This document shows, in pieces, positions 45,947 to 60,051 of a stretch of 64,000 bases of DNA. Position 1 is the first letter of the stretch, and each line of letters opens with the position of its first letter. The notes under the pieces were generated by a model. It was not told where the DNA came from. It made no database searches and was given only the letters and a program-made list of their open reading frames with translations. The DNA is from Paecilomyces variotii (Eukaryota). The DNA lies in assembly GCA_004022145.1 (NCBI GenBank), contig RCNU01000002.1. One strand, 5' to 3'. The translations under genes and the position numbers were made by a program.

Positions 45947-47217
45947 GTCGTCCGGCTTTTTCCTTTCGTGGCCAGTGTTCTATAAATATATTGTTTCGTA
46001 GATAGTTTCCAGTATTTCCAGAATCGCTCTCTTCTGCGTATACACTTCTAGCTTGCAACGATCCGCAATTTCTGCAATATGGCGTCAATTGCTAGCCTCG
46101 CAGTATCGGAAGAGGCGTCATACGATAACGGCGATAAGGAGATCGCGCGCGCGAGAGAGACAGAGAGGGGAAGGGGAGCAGACAGAGAGAAACAGAAAGA
46201 CAAAGAAAGAAAAAAGTCTCACGAGCAGCAATGACAGAAAGCGATTATAATGCACTGTGATACTCTATTCCGGAAAGCCGGTAGCTCCTCTAGTTAAATA
46301 AATTAATAACAGCCCGGAAAGGGGAGCAAGCAAGCCACCCTTCGACGTCAGAGGGACTAAGTACCTAACTACCTAAGGTAACTTAATTAACTTCAGTAGA
46401 TAGCGAAACCTGGCCGAGGGCGCGTGGAATAATATGCCCAGAGCAGTTTAGTACAGTGGCTCAGTTACCTAGTTACCCTTGCTTCTCTCTCTCTTATCGT
46501 ATTAATTATTATTATTAGACCAAGCTCTTAATGTCCAGTTCGATCAGGATGTAATAATAATAATATTGCATCCTATCCTGTAGTCTAGAGTTAACCGGAT
46601 TGTTCCGCTTGCGACCGCCGATGACGTATACACCCGGCTGGCACGGGTTCCGTTTGCATTGGAATGCAAGCAATTATTTATTATTTATTGAACTGATGAA
46701 CTGATCAATAACACACGATAGAGTAGAAGCACTCTCTGCGGATGACCAAGGCATATATGTATATACTATACATGCTTCGTCTGACTGATCTGGCCTCATT
46801 TCGGCCATGGACAAGCTCATCTCGTCGGTTATATCTTGTCTCCATTCTCGATCGATCGGCGACGCTATCTAATCAGCCAGGACCCACTGGCGCTGTTCGG
46901 ATAAGATAGCAGTGTATTTGAGACACTCGAGAGGCTCGATGCAAGATACTACTGTAATCACTCTGTACGTAGCGAGAACCTTGTATATCTCATCATATTA
47001 GATACTCGATTGAGTTCCGTTGGTCAGGATCTCGTCTAGCTGCGCTTTTGATTTATAGATGTTTCCATAGTGTACATACATGTTTATTGTTACATGACTT
47101 CCTTCACTGAATCTGCGCTACGATGGATGCACAGGGATCATATCTTGAAAGTCTTCCCGAAAAAATAGGTCCCCAAACAAAAACACAAAAACAAGAACAA
47201 AAAACAGAATATTAGTT

Positions 47218-48929
47218 TTATCGCAAGAAAGGAACCTGATAAGCTTGGGCTCCCGCAGCGGCCATTGCAGATGCCAGCTTGATGCCGAACATAGACCCCA
47301 GCCGGCTCAAAGCTGTCCTGGCCTGATTGATTTGCTCTGGAGTCGCCTCGACGCAGCAAATGATGAACCATAATGGCCACAGCAGTTCATACGCCTCTGC
47401 AGCGCGGAGCCGGGGATGGCGAGACTCGGGCTCCTGGGTCGATATCGTGACGGGGTTGCCAAGGCTATCGACGTCCCCCAGACAAAACAGTATGCTCCTG
47501 CATGTATCAGAGATCATCTGCTCAATGATGCGCACTGGAGGAATCTCAATGAGGCTTTCAAGATCGGTGAGGATACGTTGGTCACAGACCCTTCGTGACA
47601 CTTTACTGGTCGTAATGTCAAGGAGGGTGCCTTGGAGGATGATGCGTATACAACGATAAAGGTTCCAAAAGCTCGCGATGGATATGTCCTGATACGTAAG
47701 AAGAAATCCCCCCGACTTTGATTGAACGAGACGCGGTAGCCACGTTTCTGGAGCAGCCTCGTGCCACCGGCTCAGCTCCAGATCGAGCTGAACACCGGTC
47801 TCGGTCCACGATCGTAAGTTTGTTTCGGTGAGAATATCTGAAATCCCCTCTTTCGTCGTCAATGCCCGGCGGATATCCTGAGCGAATAAACTGACTCTCG
47901 TGGTCATACGCATGAGACCCTGCAACCCATCCGAACGATCGAGGACCTCTAGCAGCCAGGTTAGGTCGAACCCTGGTAGCCCGCTCATGTTCAGCATGTC
48001 AGTTTGCTAGGTTTGAGTCAGCCATATGTTGTCAGGAGTGACGGCTATATGAGGCACACTGTACATACTACTTGCCTGAATGCATAGCTCAACAGAGAAC
48101 GACCGCGCCCAGCTCTCAGCTGGCCTTCGCCACGGAGCTTCATGAGTAGATGGAGTCCAACACCATGTGAACTGGCCAGATGTGATCGCTCGCCATTGAT
48201 GTCTTCGAAAAGAGAAAGTAGCACCACCGCAGCAAGAGTCTCATCCCTCACAGCAGTGCTCGGCGAACGAAGAGCCGCATTGACAGACCGCAATGCACTG
48301 CCATGGACTTGTCTCGCTTTAACCACAAGGGGCGGTATTTTCATTCTGTTTGCCAAAGAGCTGAGTGCCGTAGCCTCCACAGCCCAACGGAGAGATGAAC
48401 AAGCGCGATCGATGTCCGCATTCTGTTTAGATAGGGCATAAAGTCCTGGAAGGAACCCGAGATGATGGAAGTGCTGTCCAGGATCGGATATGACGGTGTA
48501 TTGATCAAAGAAATGACAAAGTGCCCGCTCTTCCCATGTCGAATCTGCCAGATGCGTGGGGACGGTCCCGATTGTAGGCACATCTTCGCCTCGAGACCTT
48601 TGAGTCGGGCGTGTCGGATTTCTTCGTTTAATCACCGACTGTCTGGCTTTATTGGTTTCATTACGGATAACAAACGCTTCCCGGTAACCAGGACACTGGG
48701 CTCCATGCACGGCGCAGTTGCGGCACGTTGGCCTGGCCTCATCACACTATAACCGACAATCAGTCTCACAGGAATGACTCTTCGGGAAGACTCAAGAGGA
48801 CCAACTGTGCCAAGCTACGCCATTGCGGTACGTATGCAAAGGACAAGCTGCTTAAATCCTCCCACATACCTTGATTTTCCGCCTTCGACATAAGTGGCAG
48901 CCGGTGCTTGGTCTTCCCCCGTATACCAT
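47218..48929 (-). CDS. Zn(II)2Cys6 fungal transcription factor
   Basis: Splicing out 48747-48869 yields [41 protein letters not shown] (six Cys). Middle region DETLAAVVLLSLFEDI..SHGVG..LMKLRG. Second intron ~48007-48068. Confidence 0.9.
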
Positions 48930-49766
48930 GACTACAAATGAATGGGAAGAAGCTGATCAATACCCCTCGAGATTGGATGGGTTTCGCTGCGTCAATTCAT
49001 AAGTTATTCCATGCATGCCGCTGGGAAGGTTTGCCCATATGATTTGAATCCAAGAGGCTAGACTGCTTGGGTCAGATATGCCGAAAAGTGTACCACAAGA
49101 CACAAAAGCACCGAACCATAAGTAGGGTTTGGGTGAACCAATGGATGCCTTTACTATGGACCGTCTCCAAGGGTCAGGTCATCCCTGGCTCAGGATATAT
49201 ACCTGCACAGAAATGATGTAGTTATCCCGGCGACATCTGCCATCTGCTTAGTCATCGACTGAGAAAGGAAACTCTCGGCCGCGGCTTTGGATGTGATTAA
49301 AACAGTTTCTCCTTGAGGGAATGAGCTAGAATAATGCCAAACGAACTCTTCGTATAACGTCAGCGTGAAAGGCACGCTATGCAACTAGATCATATTTCGC
49401 TTTTGAAAGTCCAAGAAGATCTGGTAATTTATGCTTTGCTTTCACATGGCGGGTATCATCGGACCCCTGAAACGCGAGTCTCAAGAGACAAGAGGGTCGG
49501 TCGCCAAATACATTCACAGCCTAACTCCAGAACTCGTGATATCAACAACAAAAAATGACAGGATAGTAGCTCATCCAAACAGCTCAAATATGCAAGTATG
49601 GCGGTATAAAGATGCCCAGAGTATATAGAATCCCAGAGGCTTTCCAACAAGCCATGCTAACTCCCATCTATGACTCCTGTTTATATTCGGGACACAGCAG
49701 ACAGACACTGAATCGGAACCGGTAGTAGACTGTATCCACGAAGTCCAGTTGTCCTATTATGCGCCC

Positions 49767-52036
49767 TCAAGAAGCATCCGGCATTGGCTGGTCGTCGTCA
49801 CTGGCCAAGGATATTGCCGGAGGAGGATCAGAGAAGGGGGCTCTGTGTCTACTGACGTCTGAAGAGCTGCCACGCTTCTGCCGGGTCGGGCCTAACCCGG
49901 GAGTACTCGATGCACTCTCAAGGGCCACTGAATCACCGTATACCTCTTCAGGTGGAGGGGCGAAAGACCAAACCTAAGAACGGTTCATCGTCAGCACACT
50001 AGTCCACAAAAGAATGACGAGAAATCCTGAAAGAGAACTGACCTCCATCACAGTGCGACCGGCTCGGCTCGCCATAATTACCGCTTTCTCATCTTCAAAA
50101 GCCACCCTCCAGACGGCCTCTGCAGGGGACGACAGCTCTCGCAGTTGCTGGCCCGTTTCGAGACTCCAAACCTTTACGCGGCCATCGCTACCGCCGCTCA
50201 TAATTCGAGTACTATCAAACTGCAGGCTGGTAACGCTATTGTCATGGGCTGCTAACCGGTGGATAGGTGCCATCCTTGTTAGAGACCAGACTCGGACTGA
50301 TCCGTCTGAGCCACCGGTAACAAGCGTATCTCCCCGCATCTGCAATTGACCCACAAGGGATGTGTGACCTTGCAGAATCGCATGGCACTGGCCGGTATGA
50401 GGATCCCATATCCGAACGCTCGTGTCGAGACTGCCCGTGGCGATCCTCTTGCCATCAAAGGCAATTGCATAGATCTGGCTAAAATGGCCAGAGAGTGTCC
50501 GCAAACATCGGCCCTCCGAAATACTCCATATGCGTGCGGTCGTGTCGTAGCTACCAGAAACAACAAGATCACCATGGATACCGAGACATCTGACACTTGC
50601 TTGATGTCCGACCAGAACATTCCTACACATCCCGGTCGCGAGGTCCCATATCCGCAGCGTGGTATCTCTGGATCCTGAGATAGCAGTGTTCGCATCAGAC
50701 ATCTTTAGACAGCGCACAGTAGATGTATGACCTCGCAGCAAGTGGATACCAGCACTAGAGGGAAAGAAAGACGGATCAGTTCATGTAAGTAACCTTGGGG
50801 CTTGTGAGCTCCATCGAAAGTACTCACCCAGTGGCCATGTTCCAAACTCGCACTTCACGGTCACACCCTCCGCTGACGAGGATGTCATCCCACGGGACCA
50901 TGGCCCATACACCCATAACATGTCCCTGGAGTGTTTTTTGGTTATCTCCATTCGTATCATAAACGTGGATCTTTGCATTGTCCAACGCAACCACAATATA
51001 CTTAGGTGTCAGATGTAAGCTGGTGACAACCCCCTGATCGGGAGTGATATGCCTTTGCGTACATCGCCCACCCTTGTTCCAGGCTGACTCGACCATATAT
51101 TTTTGCTTAAAATGAGCCCTGTAAGAGGACGGCTTGGCTCGTCGCTTCCGGCTCGGTGTGATCGACCAGGGGTTATCGGAAGCCGAGCTGCCAAAAAGAT
51201 CGGGAACACTGTCAGCAGCACGCAGACCACTAATGTTCGATCTCCTCTGCGACCGGCCAAAGGACGTAGGGGCAACCACGGCTGACGAAGGCTGGTTGTG
51301 GAAAGGATCGATGAATTCTCTCTCATCCTCTGAACCTCTCCTGTATGCGTACGCATGCTTCTCACATAAGTTCTTCCATGTCATATCATCGTTCAGAAGC
51401 TCGTTCCATCGCCTCGATACTTGCGATGCTCTCGCCAGCGTCTTCGGGTCGTCTATGAAAGATAGAACCTAAAAGGAGAGCCAGGTCAGCTCCGTTTCTC
51501 CCCAACTGACAGGTTCAAATGGACTAGTTCCTTACCCTTAGACATAACTCGTTGGGGAAAGCCTGAAAAGGGTCCTTCCTTAGGCGTGGGCTTACGAAGC
51601 TGGAGACAAAGCTGAGTTGCTGGTTATCGCATAGATTCAGGATGCCTGCCAAGAACTTCTGCCTCTGTACGCTCCCCAACGAGCTGAAATGTATTCTGGC
51701 GTTCAAGAGAAACGCATCTTCTTCTTCCTCGGCAGACTGCTGCCAACTGGGAGGTCTCTGATGTGGTGTTGGGCTAGGGGCGGGTGTCGGAGGTGATGTC
51801 GGTGCTGACGGTAGGAGATTCGGGGGTAAGGGAGAGATCGGTTTATTGGGAGTCGGCAGAGGCCTCGGGTGCGAGTGGGAGAAACTGGAGAGCATGTTCC
51901 TGCCACCTGACGCTCGAGACTGGATGGAAGAAAGCGGTTCCGGTATACTGCGAGGACGTGGGTGGCCGTCTCCAGTGTTCAACAAAGACGCTCGCCGCTC
52001 GCTCATGGAGCGCGGCGGCGTGCACCTTGTAGTCAT
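49767..52036 (-). CDS. F-box/WD40 repeat protein (Cdc4/Fbw7-like SCF substrate receptor)
   Basis: Dimerisation segment (CDNQQLSFVSSFV), F-box FPNELCLR|VLSFIDDPKTLARASQVSRRW, and multiple WD40 repeats. Introns 51469-51535, 50755-50827, 49974-50042. Start codon uncertain. Confidence 0.92.
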
Positions 52037-53345
52037 GGACAAAGAGTCTTTATAACGTATCCAGACCTCCTAAGAGGCTTATATGAAGCGAGAACAGCGG
52101 ACCAAGCCCATAAGCGAATGCCAGAGTGAGCTCCAAAGAGGCGAAGGCCGTTTCGGAATGTAAGTAACTAGGTACTCGGCTCAGGCGCTTAGGTCACCTA
52201 GGGGATCAAGACAGGCGGACTGCAAGCATCCGCCGGGGTGAATCGGGGTCGTAAAGGGGCACGTTGGTCAGCTCTGCCCACGGACTCGTCAGGGGTGGTC
52301 AAGATACTGCTGAATGATTCTTCTCTGTCTCCAAAAAAAGCGGACGTAGATAAAGATGAAGACTGAAGTTCGACTCGGCCATGCGACGTCGGGATGGGGT
52401 CAGGTGCGGTCACTAACTGCGCCAAGCACCCCAAGCACAGCGTCGGTTGGATGCGACAATCACGTCGCAGAGACCGAGAGCGATCTAAGACAGCAACAAT
52501 AAAATTGCACGGAGAAATGGCCACGAGGGACTCGGACACGATCCTGTCATGATGGTTCCACCTGCAACACAGGGAGAATGCAGAGGCGTTACTGCTGAAG
52601 AATCGTGCGGCCGGCGAGACGCGAGGGGCCTCGTAGGGATCGTGGCGACTGTTCTTGCTCCACGCCTTACCCTTGAAACGGACACAGACCAACAGGATAG
52701 AGGGAGCAGGATCTAGGCCGCCTCGAACGATGACAGCACGCTCACTGGACAGATCACCGGCTCTTTCGTGGCCATGATCACTCCTGAGGTTCAGCATCGC
52801 GACGCATGGCGATGCGATGGAGGTTGTCCGATGATGCCGTTTCCCAGTCATATCTGGCGTTGAGATGAGGCTCCTTCAGACGTAACTAAAGCTTATATAC
52901 AGTTCTCCCAAGTCCTTGGGTGAGATGCGCGGTACAAGGCTTCGAACCGTGGCACCAGTGGTAGGCTGCGAGGGGTGGTCCGGCAAGAATGATCGTTCCC
53001 TCGAGCTTCATGAAGAGGAATATCACCGGAAATAATGTACAGGCAATACCAGTTGGAAACTGGGCTGGAAACACATTCTGTATCTCGTCCGGTACAAGAA
53101 CTCACGCCATACATTAAGTAGATAGTCTATAACATCGAAACGACATGACACCCAGTATCCTAGAATAAGAATTTACAGAATGTACGCCAATCTCCCCGCT
53201 CATTTTCACACACCAGCGCGCAGCATAGCAGAGGGAGGATTCCACCGCGGGCATCCCTCTTTTTATATCGAAGAGATCAAACTGGATAGAAGTCCACTTA
53301 ATGGTGTATTATATCCGTCCAAACAAAATGGCTAGCACCTCCACA

Positions 53346-54705
53346 TCAATGAGCATGACCGATCTGTAAGAACAGGGGTAGGATCATTCCGATGACCGAG
53401 GCGATCAAGTCCCTCATCGACTTAGACGCTCGTTGTTGGTTGTCTCTTCCGTCGCCGTACCCGTTGATATTTATATCAGTCGACGCCGAATTCGCGCCAG
53501 TTTCTTGCATAGTATGCATGGCAACATATCTGGAACCCTCAGTCAATATCCAACACAAATCCAAAGCGCAAAAATGCAATACTTACAGGAAAGTGCCTGC
53601 GGAGAACAACAGAAGCATGCCCGTCCGCCAACGAGTCCCAGCTTCGTCGCCGCTCAGTCCAGAGCCCAATGTTTGCACGAAAAGAAAAGTTGCCAACGCA
53701 CCCACCGGAGCTGCCAAGCTGAAGACGAGCAGATGAGCTCTAGCCGCACGACTCGACAGCCCTTGTTTGAGTAGAACAGACGTGAGTCCGAAAGAGGCGG
53801 GGGCCTTGTGGACCATTATAGCAAGGAAAATAATGAAGCTTAAGCCCGTGTCGGAACTGGATGCTCCCAGCGCGATCCCGTCCGCGGCAGCATGGATTAC
53901 AAGGCCCGTCGTAGTTGCAAAGCTGTGGCTGGCTCTTGAGCTGGTCCCGGATTCCTGCATACCCTCCCGAGAAGGAGAAGAATTGCGACGCAGCCCTGAG
54001 CCTAAGTTATCCAGAGAAATATGGTATGGGGTTCTCTGCTGCTTCGAGGAGAATGACGCCAGCTCCGGAAGCTTGTCGATGAGGTACATGAGGATGAACC
54101 CGCTAATCAGTGCGATCCCTATCCAGGCGTGCGCGGAGCTATCATCCTCGTGCTCATCACTCTTCTCGCTATCATGGTTATCATCTTCAGGCTCATCCTT
54201 GGGGTAGGCACCTCGTCTCTCCTTAGCTGCCTGTTCGTCCGGCTGTACTGCGTGGAGCTTATCCGTCAAAGGGATCCATGCGCTTTCCGGCTGCGCTGCC
54301 CTCGGAAAGACAGCCCCATGAGAGACTGTTGGAACTTCATTCGATGGGATTATAGAAGCGAGTACTGGAGCAGGACCGCTGTGCTGCCAATTGACGTCCA
54401 CCGATCGAGTTACTGTACTTTTCGCTTTGTGGGAGGTGCCTGCACTGTAGAGTGTTTCGACTCCTTCTGGTATGATAACAATCAGAGACGTCCCGACTAG
54501 GACTCCCATACCAACGGAGGAGATCAATCGCAATTGAGAGGGAGAAAGCGCGAAGGTCAGGGGTAGTGAGCCAACGACGAAGGAACTATGGCGACAGGCA
54601 GCTCTGTTAACAGAATTCTCCTCAATAAAGAAATGAAGATATCAATATTGCTCACGTAATCGCCATCACAATGCTCAACATGAGCAAAGTGAAAAGACCC
54701 TCCAT
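53346..54705 (-). CDS. ATX2: ZIP-family metal transporter (ZIP9/Atx2-like)
   Basis: MEGLFTLLMLSIVMAIT|SFVVGSLPL, GMGVLVGTSLIVIIPEG, GLVIHAAADGIALG, AIMVHKAPASFG, FSAGTFL|YVAMH. Introns 54586-54655 and 53530-53586. Confidence 0.9.
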
Positions 54706-55551
54706 GGTGGGCTTCTGTGTTCAATTCCCTGTCCAGGCCTTAGAGGGCTGCGAACATGGTGTCAACTCGGAGCATCTGTTTCCGCGTTGTGACACAAATT
54801 GCGCTCCGCACAACAGTTTCACCGAAGCCTAACAGCTAGATTTGATTAATATTCAAGGGATATGGAAGAGAAGCAAAGAGAAATTAAGGGATAGGCCAGG
54901 ACGGGAACAGGTGTGCAACAAAATAGTAAGATCCCGGTGTCTCGCAAGGAGTGCTTAATTACGAAGTTGTCTCTATGCCCTTGTAGGACCCACGCGGATT
55001 CCCGCCAAGCCGTTGCCACAAACTCCCCGCCCAAGCTCAACTTCCCTAAGACTTCAGCCAACTGCACGTTTATATTGTATATATATCTTTCTCTCTCTCA
55101 AAATTGTTACGCTGCATACATAGCCATAACAGATAGATCGAGTAAAAGGCACTTCAGATTTTCAAAGAGCTATAGCCATCATTGACACCAGTACAGAATG
55201 TCCGCTGAGATCTGATATCATTCTGGACAAGTAGCTGTAGTAATGACTTAGAGAACAAAGGACATAGTTATAAAATACCCCCTTATAGTACTAGTTAGTT
55301 CAATGCAGAAAATAATAACTACTATGTACTATATATGGTAGGTAGATGGTTGAATGCTATCATATCATGTGATGGGGCGCGACCGCTAGCCCGAAGCGGT
55401 CATACTGAAGCAGCGCCAGTCGCGATCCCGACGCGCGCCTTGAGTATTATTGATGGAGCTTTGACAACTTGGACCGCGGGCGCATCTATTACCGCGACCA
55501 AAACTATCTACTTGGCCCTCTCAACTATTGCTCTTCAGACCAGCCAGAAAC

Positions 55552-57278
55552 ATGGCAGACAGTGACTGTAAGTATATAAGAAGCCAGTATATTGATCCCT
55601 TCACCAAAATCATCATGAGCTAATTGCGCTTGCTTTGCGCAGGGACTTGCGACGCCAATGATGCTGTTCACCTTACACTGGTGCAGCCTGGGGCTGAAAA
55701 GCCTCAGACCCTGTCGACATTTCACCCTCAATTCACATATCCAATTTTCGGTGATGAAGAGACTATATTCGGCTACAAAGGGTTGATCATACGCTTGCGC
55801 TTCGCGGCGCATGATCTGCGCCCCCATGTCCATATCTCGTATGATGAGAAGTTCAAAGCGGTCGCCGACGCAGCTCCAGTAGACCTTAACAAGACGTTGA
55901 AAGATTGGATCCCAGAATGTATGTGTCCCCCTTCAGTTGTTACGCCTTCCCCTCGTGCTGTGATTTGGAATTTCTGACGAGTTATGGCTTGCAGCTGCCT
56001 TCACGAGCCTCTCTGACTACGAAAAGGCTATCCAAAATGATGAGAATGCAAAAGACTTTATACCTCCAGGGAAGCTCGTTCACAGTTACATCACCAAGGG
56101 CAGGAACTACGAGATTTGGTCTGGATCGCTTGCGGATCCTGCCGTGCGCGCACTTCTCGCACGCGCGCAGGTCTTTGTATCCTTTTTCATCGAAGCAGGC
56201 ACACCTCTTGAGCTAGACGACCCGGAATGGACTCTGGAAAGATGGACTGTTTATTTCATGTGAGTGTGTCGAGACATTGGTTTGTGCGAGCGAGTGGGCA
56301 GACTAACCCAATTGTCACAGATATGAGAAAGTCACTCCTCCAACACCTAGCGCCTCTCAGTACTCAGTAGTTGGATATGCGACTACGTATCGATGGTGGT
56401 TCTACAAGAGGGATCCTCTGGAGCAACCGACTACGAAGAATGATCCATTCCCTCTCCCCGAAGTCAGCGTCTCACAGTTGCCATCTCGACTACGGATTGC
56501 TCAATTCCTTATCCTTCCGCCTCATCAGTCATCCGGCCACGGAACTCATCTCTACACTACAATCCACAATGCGTGCTTCGACGATCCGACGGTGGAGGAG
56601 CTGACAGTGGAAGACCCGAACGAGGCTTTTGATGCACTTCGGGATACCGTTGACTACCACATCCTGCGTCCCGAATTCATCAAACATAAGGTCAACATCA
56701 ACCCTAACCCATACGGACTCGAGAAAATCAAGAAACGACCCCGTATCGTTCCCACAGCTGCCATAATCCCCACCAAGCTTCTTCACGATATCCGTGCGTC
56801 GTACAAAATCGCCTCTACGCAGTTTGCCCACATCATGGAGATGTTCTTGCTCGGCCAGATTCCCATCAAGCACCGCACCGCCGGCGGCGCCAACATCACG
56901 CGCCTTCTAGTCAAGAAGCACAACGCAGAGGACGAGAATGACCGACGATACTACTGGTGGCGGATGCTGGTTAAACAGCGCCTGTACAAACGTTCCCGGG
57001 ACGTGCTCATCCAACTCGACCTCAGCGACCGCATTCAGAAGCTCGAAGAAACCGTAACAAACGTCGAGGAGGGCTACGAAAGTCTCCTAAAGGCCTTTAA
57101 CGCACGTGAGGAGAGCCTACAGGCACGAAAAGAGGAAGCGAAGGAATTGCTCGAAGCTAGAGAAGCTGCCGGTGAAGGTTCAGCCAACGGCAGTTCATCA
57201 CGGTCGAAGCGCAAATACACCGTCATCGAAGACGAGGAAGATGATGATGAAGAGGGAGCAAAACGAGCTAAGGTGTAA
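55552..57278 (+). CDS. HAT1: Histone acetyltransferase type B catalytic subunit
   Basis: WTCDANDAV, FHPQFTYPIFGDEETIFGYKGL, RLRIAQFLILPPHQSSGHG, ELTVEDPNEAFDALRD. Introns 55568-55642, 55919-55994, 56260-56320. Confidence 0.95.
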
Positions 57279-58158
57279 GCTACATTGCATGCATGCTGAT
57301 AATGAATCTTTTATTATTTATTTTCCCTTTCCCCTTCACATGGCTGTTTTAACTTAACTACCTCATATCACATTGTCTCTGGTTGAATGGAAAACGTTCA
57401 TATTTCTATTCAGTATCGAAATGAATGGTCTTTCCTGAGTACTAGCAAGGCTCTTTTATACTTGGGCAATCATGATTCGAGAAATGAAGAGGAATCATTA
57501 ACGATGTAGTAACCGTTCTTCTATTCAATCTAGACAGGATCGCATTATTTCCGGAAAAGGTAAGTATTCAATAGTAGGTAATTATTATCTATGTTAGATC
57601 CATAGTTATTAAGTAAAAAGTAAAAAGTAAAAGAAAAAAGTACGATCACTATTATGTGTCTGTGCATGTATCTGTCGGGTATGCCATAGCCCGCAAAATA
57701 ACTTAACACTGTACCAAGATTGAGCTGCTCTAATACTTATTCCGCAGTAGCAGCATACATAATGAATAAGGTAAGGGAAACAAGGAATTAAAAAAAGAAC
57801 ATATTCTGACCAAGAATTGTCGGTAGATCCACCCTGTCCAAACCGATCTCCCGTGGATAGTGGAGAAATTTCGTATTCCCGCCGTCTCTTCGATATTACG
57901 CCTTTCCAGTTAACACCCAGTTGAAAAAAGAAACAAGTACTAGAAGGAGGGCGTGAAGAAAGTAGGGGAAAGGCCGCAGATAAGCGGGCTTTCACGATTA
58001 ATGATTAAGCCAGCCGGTGGCCACCATCAATATCAAAAATGTTTCGGAACATCGTGAGGTAAGTCTGCGATAAGTACTCGGTTTCAGACATTGAAAATAC
58101 AGCTCTATCTCCGCGGAAAAAACAGCGCCGTCGTATGGTCGATCGAAAGGCACCTGGA

Positions 58159-60051
58159 TTAGCCGTAGTAACCAGGAGGCTCTGAATCTAGTGTATCCAG
58201 CGTCTCCAAAGTCACTGACGAGACAGTGTCGAGACTCATTAAACTGCTCGTTCTTGGCGAGTTGAGAGACGTCGTCAATCCGGCACTTGATGAAGGCGGG
58301 GAACTTCTCGACAGAGATCCAGAACGGGGCAGTTCTTCAATCTCATAACGTGATTGTCGTCGAGGCCGACGGTTCTGATCTTGGTCGTCGTCATTTCGAA
58401 TTAATTCGCCGACAAACTCGAAAACCCGGCGTAGACCTAATATTTCAGCCTGCATGGCGCCCTCTTCAGGCTCGCGATGAGAAATCAAGTTGATAGTCTG
58501 GCCCTGCTCAGCGTCTTCAGCGGGATCAAGCCCCTGATTCGCTGATGCTGCTGGTCTGCGCTGGGGAGTTCTACCCTCCCACCACTGTCTCCATCTATAG
58601 CGTCTTGCTGCAGATCTGTACGCGCGACGGGCCCGTCGTTCTTCTCGTCTCGCGGCCAAGTCTGCCCTTCGTCTACGGCAGGTCATGGAGTCACGGCACA
58701 ACCTGAAGACGAGAGTAGAGAGAGTAGCAATCAAAAGGATAATGGAACAGGATCTTGCGAATGCTCTAATCTTATCATGCAGAGACAAATTAGACCCGGG
58801 TGATGGCTTATCTGGGTCAGAGTCATCAGGAAAAGGCATGTTAGGCGGAGGTATAAAAGGTGTTTTCGTCCCACCATCAGGGATGCGGTCTGATGTGACG
58901 TTTGTATAGTTCCCCTGAATTACGGAAGCAGGAAACCCTTGATCAGGACGAGTTGGAAGCGGATCAGGCCCGTTCCTAGGAGGCCCCCCATCTTGACTGC
59001 AGATCGGGGCCAACTTTCCAGACATTGATGTCGGTAACGGAGCAAACTGATACCTCAGTTGCTGGATCATTTCGGGGACAGTCTGCAACGAAACTTTGAT
59101 CATGCATCCAATACTCCGACACTGTTTCCATTTAGACACAAGTGGCCTGCAGTCCTGTCGCAACAGTTGACGGATCTTCTCCTCTTCCTCAGCGATTTGT
59201 TTTCGGATTTCGACCGCCTGAGTTTTCAAATCCTGTAGCTTCTTCATTTCTCGTTCTATCTGCTTCTCCAGTTTATCATCTCCGACTTCGAGGACGTTCG
59301 GCTGGTTCTCGAGCCTTTGTGACTCGTACGGGTCGCGCCATGCGTCGAGAGCCATGTCATTTGATGATATGTTGAGAGAGTGTGTTTCCAGTCGAAGTAT
59401 CTCTGGCACATCCGTCTGCACGAAGGATGCCGTAAACCCAACAGACTCGTCCTCGACTTGTTCTTCTCCAATGCTGTTTATCTTGACTGTAAGAAGCTGG
59501 ACGGTGCGATTGTCGCGTAAACCCGCCTGAGGAGGGATGCAGAGGCTTTCCCAAGTAGCGGAAAGTGGTGCAGAAACTGCATTGTCGAATGGCAGCGTCT
59601 TGATGGTTCCGGATCCATGACCAGCATTCCCATCCCATGTATGTATCAATTCCTGTCCGTTGAGGAACACATTTTCCTCCTCACAAGGTTCGCTAGCTAA
59701 ACCAGCATTGAACTCCAGAAGCTAGGTAAACAAATCAGCAAAAGGGTCCTATTAGCCCATCCAAGGGTCTTCATACAAAGCCATTGTTCCCGACAACCAC
59801 GCTTCCCTGGTATAAAGCTCCAAATCTCACGACGGCGTTCTTATCATCTAGAGACAATCAGTAAACATGTATATATGACGCAGACATATGATTTGTTCCT
59901 ACTGACTTCGCCACAGGAGTACAGGCGCGGCTTCAGAGCCAGCATCGGTCGCGGAATCATTAGCCGCAACATTCGTAGGCGGAGGGGCGGCCAGGGCGTT
60001 GACAACGGCGGGCCCTACCAAGAACACTGCTGCCTTGGCTAAGCAGCGCAT
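58159..60051 (-). CDS. Uncharacterised single-pass membrane protein (signal peptide, coiled coil, TM, Arg-rich cytoplasmic segment)
   Basis: Exons 60051-59907, 59847-59777 and 59721-58159 splice in frame. Signal peptide MRCLAKAAVFLVGPAVVNALA. TM SCSIILLIATLSTLVF followed by CRRRRADLAARREERRARRAYRSAARRYRWRQWW. Confidence 0.8.
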
